A DNA stretch of 64,000 nucleotides, from positions 1 through 64,000 of IMG/VR virus record IMGVR_UViG_2667527573_000005. One strand, given 5' to 3'. Origin of the DNA: an uncultured virus (IMG/VR IMGVR_UViG_2667527573_000005) (taxonomy: Duplodnaviria > Heunggongvirae > Uroviricota > Caudoviricetes). The position numbers were made by a program, and so were the translations under genes. Below, piece after piece: positions 59,048-64,000 of the stretch; the first letter of the stretch is position 1, and every line of letters starts with the position of its first letter. A model generated the notes under the pieces. The model made no database searches. It saw only the letters and a program-made list of their open reading frames with translations, and was not told where the DNA came from.

Positions 59048-59287
59048 TTACATAGTAAAGCCACTGTTTAATACTGTTTTAGCATCGTCCAATTTCCACA
59101 GAGTTTCATTAATTTTATCTCTAAGATCCAACAGTGCAGCCCTGTCAATCCTCAACGTTAACTTATTGCCTGTATTCTGAAAGTCAATTTCTATGTAATA
59201 TTCTCCACTTGATATGTTATCAGATCCAACGTTAAAGATAATTGCTGCTAAGTTATCTCTCATATCAATTTCAATGTCCAGTTTCAT
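59048..59287 (-). CDS. Hypothetical phage protein
   Basis: 79-aa ORF. Confidence 0.65.
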   Translation of the reverse strand: MKLDIEIDMRDNLAAIIFNVGSDNISSGEYYIEIDFQNTGNKLTLRIDRAALLDLRDKINETLWKLDDAKTVLNSGFTM

Positions 59288-59358
59288 TTTTAAACTCCAG
59301 TCTGACTATAAAGCCATCAATTTTTTATCTCTCTGATGACTGACAAGATGTGTGAATT

Positions 59359-59682
<324 letters not shown>

Positions 59683-59825
59683 TTAACCAAACATACGTTC
59701 TCTTTAGATCAAAATAATTATACCCTTTTTCCTATTAGTCTGCAATTCTTTTTTGATCATTTAAAAATCAGGTAAGAATTGATATAGTAAGATAAGGAGA
59801 ATACATAAAATCAGGAGGTTGTCCG

Positions 59826-60047
59826 ATGCTAGAAGTGGAATTCGGACAATGTTTGATTCCAGATCTCCTTCAAAAAAGAGGGCTTTCATTGGGGCAGCTT
59901 TCGCGTATCACCGGTATCAGTACCCAAAGGTTAAGTGATTACGCTAATGGCGTTAGACCTTCTATGAACATTCGAACAGCCAAACTTATAGCTGTAGCGC
60001 TAAATTGTACCCTCGAAGACCTCTATGAATGGAAAATCAAACATTGA
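59826..60047 (+). CDS. yopS: XRE-family HTH regulator
   Basis: LSLGQLSRITGISTQRLSDYANG HTH; AGGAGG RBS; convergent with yopR. Confidence 0.82.
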   Translation: MLEVEFGQCLIPDLLQKRGLSLGQLSRITGISTQRLSDYANGVRPSMNIRTAKLIAVALNCTLEDLYEWKIKH

Positions 60048-60255
60048 AAATCGCTAGGAATTTCGCCCTAGCGAACCTCCCTGTACCCTTTTTAGGGTAT
60101 AGTCTTATTTTACCACAAATTACCCCTATTGTCTTTGTCTACTTTTGTCGAATTCTGAAAATACGAACAAAATCCTACCATCTAATATTTAAATGTCACG
60201 ATTCAGCTCATATTTATGTTGGTTATTTTATTTTTATTCTTTTTGTTATGTAAGA

Positions 60256-60277
60256 TTAATCCCTATCAAGGGATTAA
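60256..60277. terminator. Hairpin after yopR
   Basis: TTAATCCCT-ATCA-AGGGATTAA. Confidence 0.65.
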
Positions 60278-61267
<990 letters not shown>

Positions 61268-62629
61268 CTAACGAACATCAATTTCATCATAGAAAACTTT
61301 TTTCAGTTTTTTCTTCATAGCAGCATTTAATTGTTCTTCATAATTTCTGCTGCTTAACTCCTTGAATGTCTTACCTTTATCAAAATCAACCTGCTGTAGT
61401 ATCGTTGCTAGTTTAGCTAGTGGTGTGCCATTCTCTTGCATTTTTTTGGCCAAATAAATGTATCCATAAAATACAGCATTATAGTTAATGTATGATCTGT
61501 TTCTTGACTCGCTAAGATCATCTTCAAGGAAATCATCTGGAAAAGCATAAAAAAGCTCAGCAAAGAAGTCCCTTAAATACTTGGACAATTGAATAGCGTC
61601 TCTCCGTGAATTGATCTCAAAAGCATCGTCAATTGCTTCAGAAAGTGTATAATAAGTAACCAAGAATGGACTACTCATACCAATTTCACTTTGTACACTA
61701 ATTTTGTCTTTGAGTTCACTATTATATTTAAGTTGCTCAACAATAGTGGAAGAATAGCGTTTTTGACCAAGTTCTTCAATCCTTGATTTCTCAACAGGAT
61801 TTATTGTATTCATTTGGGCAAAATGACGTTTTGCTTTTTCTTCAGTATAATTTAAGATATTCAAAATAAAGGTTTGATCTAATTCAGGAGCTTCAGTAAT
61901 AGCTTTAACAACTCCAGATATTCTATGGTAACCATCTAGAACATCAACTAATGTACCCTTAGTAACAGTTAAGCTTAGGTCGCTTGGATTGTACTCAATT
62001 TCTTCATCCTCATCTGATGTGCCAAACCGTGCATTAAATGTAAACATAGACACGATTAAGTCGCCCTTTTTAAAAAGTTCTTTAATCTCTTCAACTGATT
62101 TAGGATTAGTCTTTGGCACAGGTATTAAGCTTCCCTTAATGAATCTGCCTTCCCGTTGAGTATTATAGTTGTATTGTAGTATTGAGCTATTATATAGTTC
62201 ACTTAATTCTTTCGCAGTAATTGAAGTCACATAATTATCTTCATTTATTTTTATTACGTTTTTAAATGTATAAGGAAGTGTTAGAACCTCTTCACCGGCA
62301 AAAATTCTTCCGCCCTCTAACTCCTTAGCCAGCCTTGGTGGAAAATAACTCAAAGGGTCTAAAGCGGCTACGCCAGTAAGTTTGTGTAGTTCTTTAGAGA
62401 AAATATAAACTTCCTTTTCATTCAAGCGTTGAATGTTATTATCATTGTTATTCAAAATTTCTTGTACATAACCAGGCAGCGTTTTATACTGCGCTCCCAT
62501 GATTGCTTTTAATTCCTTTACTTTTCTGGAATCATGTTTAATATCAGACGCAACTTCTTCTATTTTATTTTTAAGCTTTAAAAGCTTATCTGTTGTCAAC
62601 AGATCCTGAACCACAGTATCACCTCGCAC
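61268..62629 (-). CDS. yopQ: DndB/ParB-like DGQHR-domain protein (YopQ/SroE)
   Basis: VLDGYHR motif, F..MN; synteny. Confidence 0.82.
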   Translation of the reverse strand: MRGDTVVQDLLTTDKLLKLKNKIEEVASDIKHDSRKVKELKAIMGAQYKTLPGYVQEILNNNDNNIQRLNEKEVYIFSKELHKLTGVAALDPLSYFPPRLAKELEGGRIFAGEEVLTLPYTFKNVIKINEDNYVTSITAKELSELYNSSILQYNYNTQREGRFIKGSLIPVPKTNPKSVEEIKELFKKGDLIVSMFTFNARFGTSDEDEEIEYNPSDLSLTVTKGTLVDVLDGYHRISGVVKAITEAPELDQTFILNILNYTEEKAKRHFAQMNTINPVEKSRIEELGQKRYSSTIVEQLKYNSELKDKISVQSEIGMSSPFLVTYYTLSEAIDDAFEINSRRDAIQLSKYLRDFFAELFYAFPDDFLEDDLSESRNRSYINYNAVFYGYIYLAKKMQENGTPLAKLATILQQVDFDKGKTFKELSSRNYEEQLNAAMKKKLKKVFYDEIDVR

Positions 62630-62698
62630 ATAATCATATTAAATTTATCATTACATTAACATACAAGTAAAGCATTTATATGATTATTTATATCACTT

Positions 62699-63769
62699 TT
62701 ATTTTAATTCTAAAAATTTTTTGAGCTTTTTTAGAGTGGAAACATCACAATCTAAAAAGAACTGTCTAAACTGGTCTAATGTAACAGTATCCAGGAAATC
62801 AATATCTATATCTTGATCAATTATAACACCAGGATCTTGAGAATAATCTCTTTCCTTATTTAGATAATGATCATTTAGCACATTGATGTTTTTATGTCCT
62901 GAAAATGCTGCCACCTTTTTAATGTCTCCGCTTATATTATAAGAAAAATTAGTGGCTGTATTACGTAAACTGTGTGGCCTAAGATTTCTTTCCTGTGGAA
63001 TATTTAACACTCTGCAAACTCTGTGCCACATATCATTAATTGAGTCTACAGTTAATTTATGAAAGATCAGTTCATGCTCACCATACTCATTCTTGAGTGT
63101 TAACAACTCCTCATAAAAGGAGCTAGAAATACCTACTGGTCTCGCTTTCTTCTGTTTAGTCTTCTTGAAATTGACTAAGTAACAATCGTGCTTCGATGAA
63201 TACGTTATGTCTTCCCATTTTACTCGTAAGACTTCTGATTTTCTTGCTCCTGTGCGTACACTAAATAAAATAAAGAGCTTTTTCATTAACCTGTTCTGTC
63301 TCTCATGGATAAATGCAGCTTCTGCAAACTCTTCAGCTTCAGGAATCCCCTCAAATGAACCAGCTGGATTCTTCTCTGTCGGCAAGGGTCTAAAATTAAA
63401 AACGCTTGATTCACAATCGTGTTCTGACTCCAAGAATTTAATTAAACTTTTCAGTGCTGCGATTTTATTATTAATCGTAGCATTTGTATTATTTTTATTT
63501 TTAGCCAAATAAGTCCTATAATCCATTAAATCATTCTTTTTAATTATTACATCTTCTTCAGTTAAATATTCAATATCCTTACCAACTTGATAATTAAAGA
63601 ATTCTCTAATATGCCTTTCATAGGTGGTTCTAGTATTAGACTTTTCAATAAATCCTGATTTGTCATCCCTATTTCTCAAATCTAATTCATCAAACCATCT
63701 ATTTATGTCATTAAAAATGGAGTAATCCCTAACAGATGGTGTTTGCTTTTTCACTTCCAAGGTTTCCAC
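62699..63769 (-). CDS. yopP: Tyrosine recombinase-family protein (YopP/SroD) with intact catalytic motifs
   Basis: TGARKSE, KTK, HSLR, SGH, HY; N-terminal core-binding domain. Confidence 0.88.
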   Translation of the reverse strand: METLEVKKQTPSVRDYSIFNDINRWFDELDLRNRDDKSGFIEKSNTRTTYERHIREFFNYQVGKDIEYLTEEDVIIKKNDLMDYRTYLAKNKNNTNATINNKIAALKSLIKFLESEHDCESSVFNFRPLPTEKNPAGSFEGIPEAEEFAEAAFIHERQNRLMKKLFILFSVRTGARKSEVLRVKWEDITYSSKHDCYLVNFKKTKQKKARPVGISSSFYEELLTLKNEYGEHELIFHKLTVDSINDMWHRVCRVLNIPQERNLRPHSLRNTATNFSYNISGDIKKVAAFSGHKNINVLNDHYLNKERDYSQDPGVIIDQDIDIDFLDTVTLDQFRQFFLDCDVSTLKKLKKFLELK

Positions 63770-63770
63770 C

Positions 63771-63935
63771 TCATTTAATTTTATCCATTAAATAAATATC
63801 TAACTCATACCACAATTTTAACCAATCAGTATCTTGCTTAAAGCTTCTTAGCAGCATAATATTTGTATTGCAGATTTCTATTTGCTCCAATAAGTCGTGA
63901 CCGTCTAGCAACTTAATCAAAATAGATAAATTCAA
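63771..63935 (-). CDS. 54-aa hypothetical protein in the sro operon
   Basis: AGGTG RBS, TTG start, MNLSILIKLLDGHDLLEQ...; stop abuts yopP. Confidence 0.5.
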   Translation of the reverse strand: MNLSILIKLLDGHDLLEQIEICNTNIMLLRSFKQDTDWLKLWYELDIYLMDKIK

Positions 63936-64000
63936 TATAGCACCTACTTTAAGTATATTACTTGCTCAATGAACAGCTGAGTATTGTTTTGTCGCCTTAA

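Noticed and set aside
60085..60102. TACCCT-TTTT-AGGGTA palindrome (partial copy near 59721) as a YopS operator
   Set aside because: Only one full copy; insufficient support
63771..64000. Arbitrium aimR/aimP/aimX genes
   Set aside because: Expected upstream of the sro operon but not within this window

Overview
This window is one end of an SPbeta-family (Spbetavirus-like) prophage of Bacillus subtilis-group origin, integrated inside the sporulation gene spoVK. Only bases 1-~549 are host DNA (3' half of spoVK and its terminator). The prophage then reads almost entirely on the minus strand: a large serine integrase whose ORF runs across the att junction, a candidate recombination directionality factor, yot/yos accessory genes, sspC, a GC-richer foreign insert, a Dam-like methylase, thyA, dUTPase, thioredoxin, nrdIEF (intein in nrdE; 808-nt group I intron with HNH gene in nrdF), the yorE-yorR replication block (DnaE, RecJ, primase-like, DnaB-like helicase), SRAP/LigB, NADAR, a kinase-phosphatase-RNA ligase fusion, a Bro-N protein and the yopP-yopQ-yopR (sroD-F) repressor genes. 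The most striking unexplained signal is a palindromic site, TAAAA-N6-TTTTA (extended roughly CTnnW-TAAAA-N6-TTTTA-WnnAG). By manual reading it has 21 exact copies, 20 of them at gene boundaries of the accessory regions, each with a different 6-bp spacer. It has the geometry of a tyrosine-recombinase site, and the phage encodes a catalytically intact tyrosine recombinase (YopP), suggesting a gene-cassette exchange system. Other leads: a mini-operon of three 7-aa peptides, six strong-RBS ORFs starting at ATT/ATC, and an integrase whose C-terminus depends on integration state. Gene names are from recall of SPbeta/B. subtilis proteins and synteny, not from database searches.
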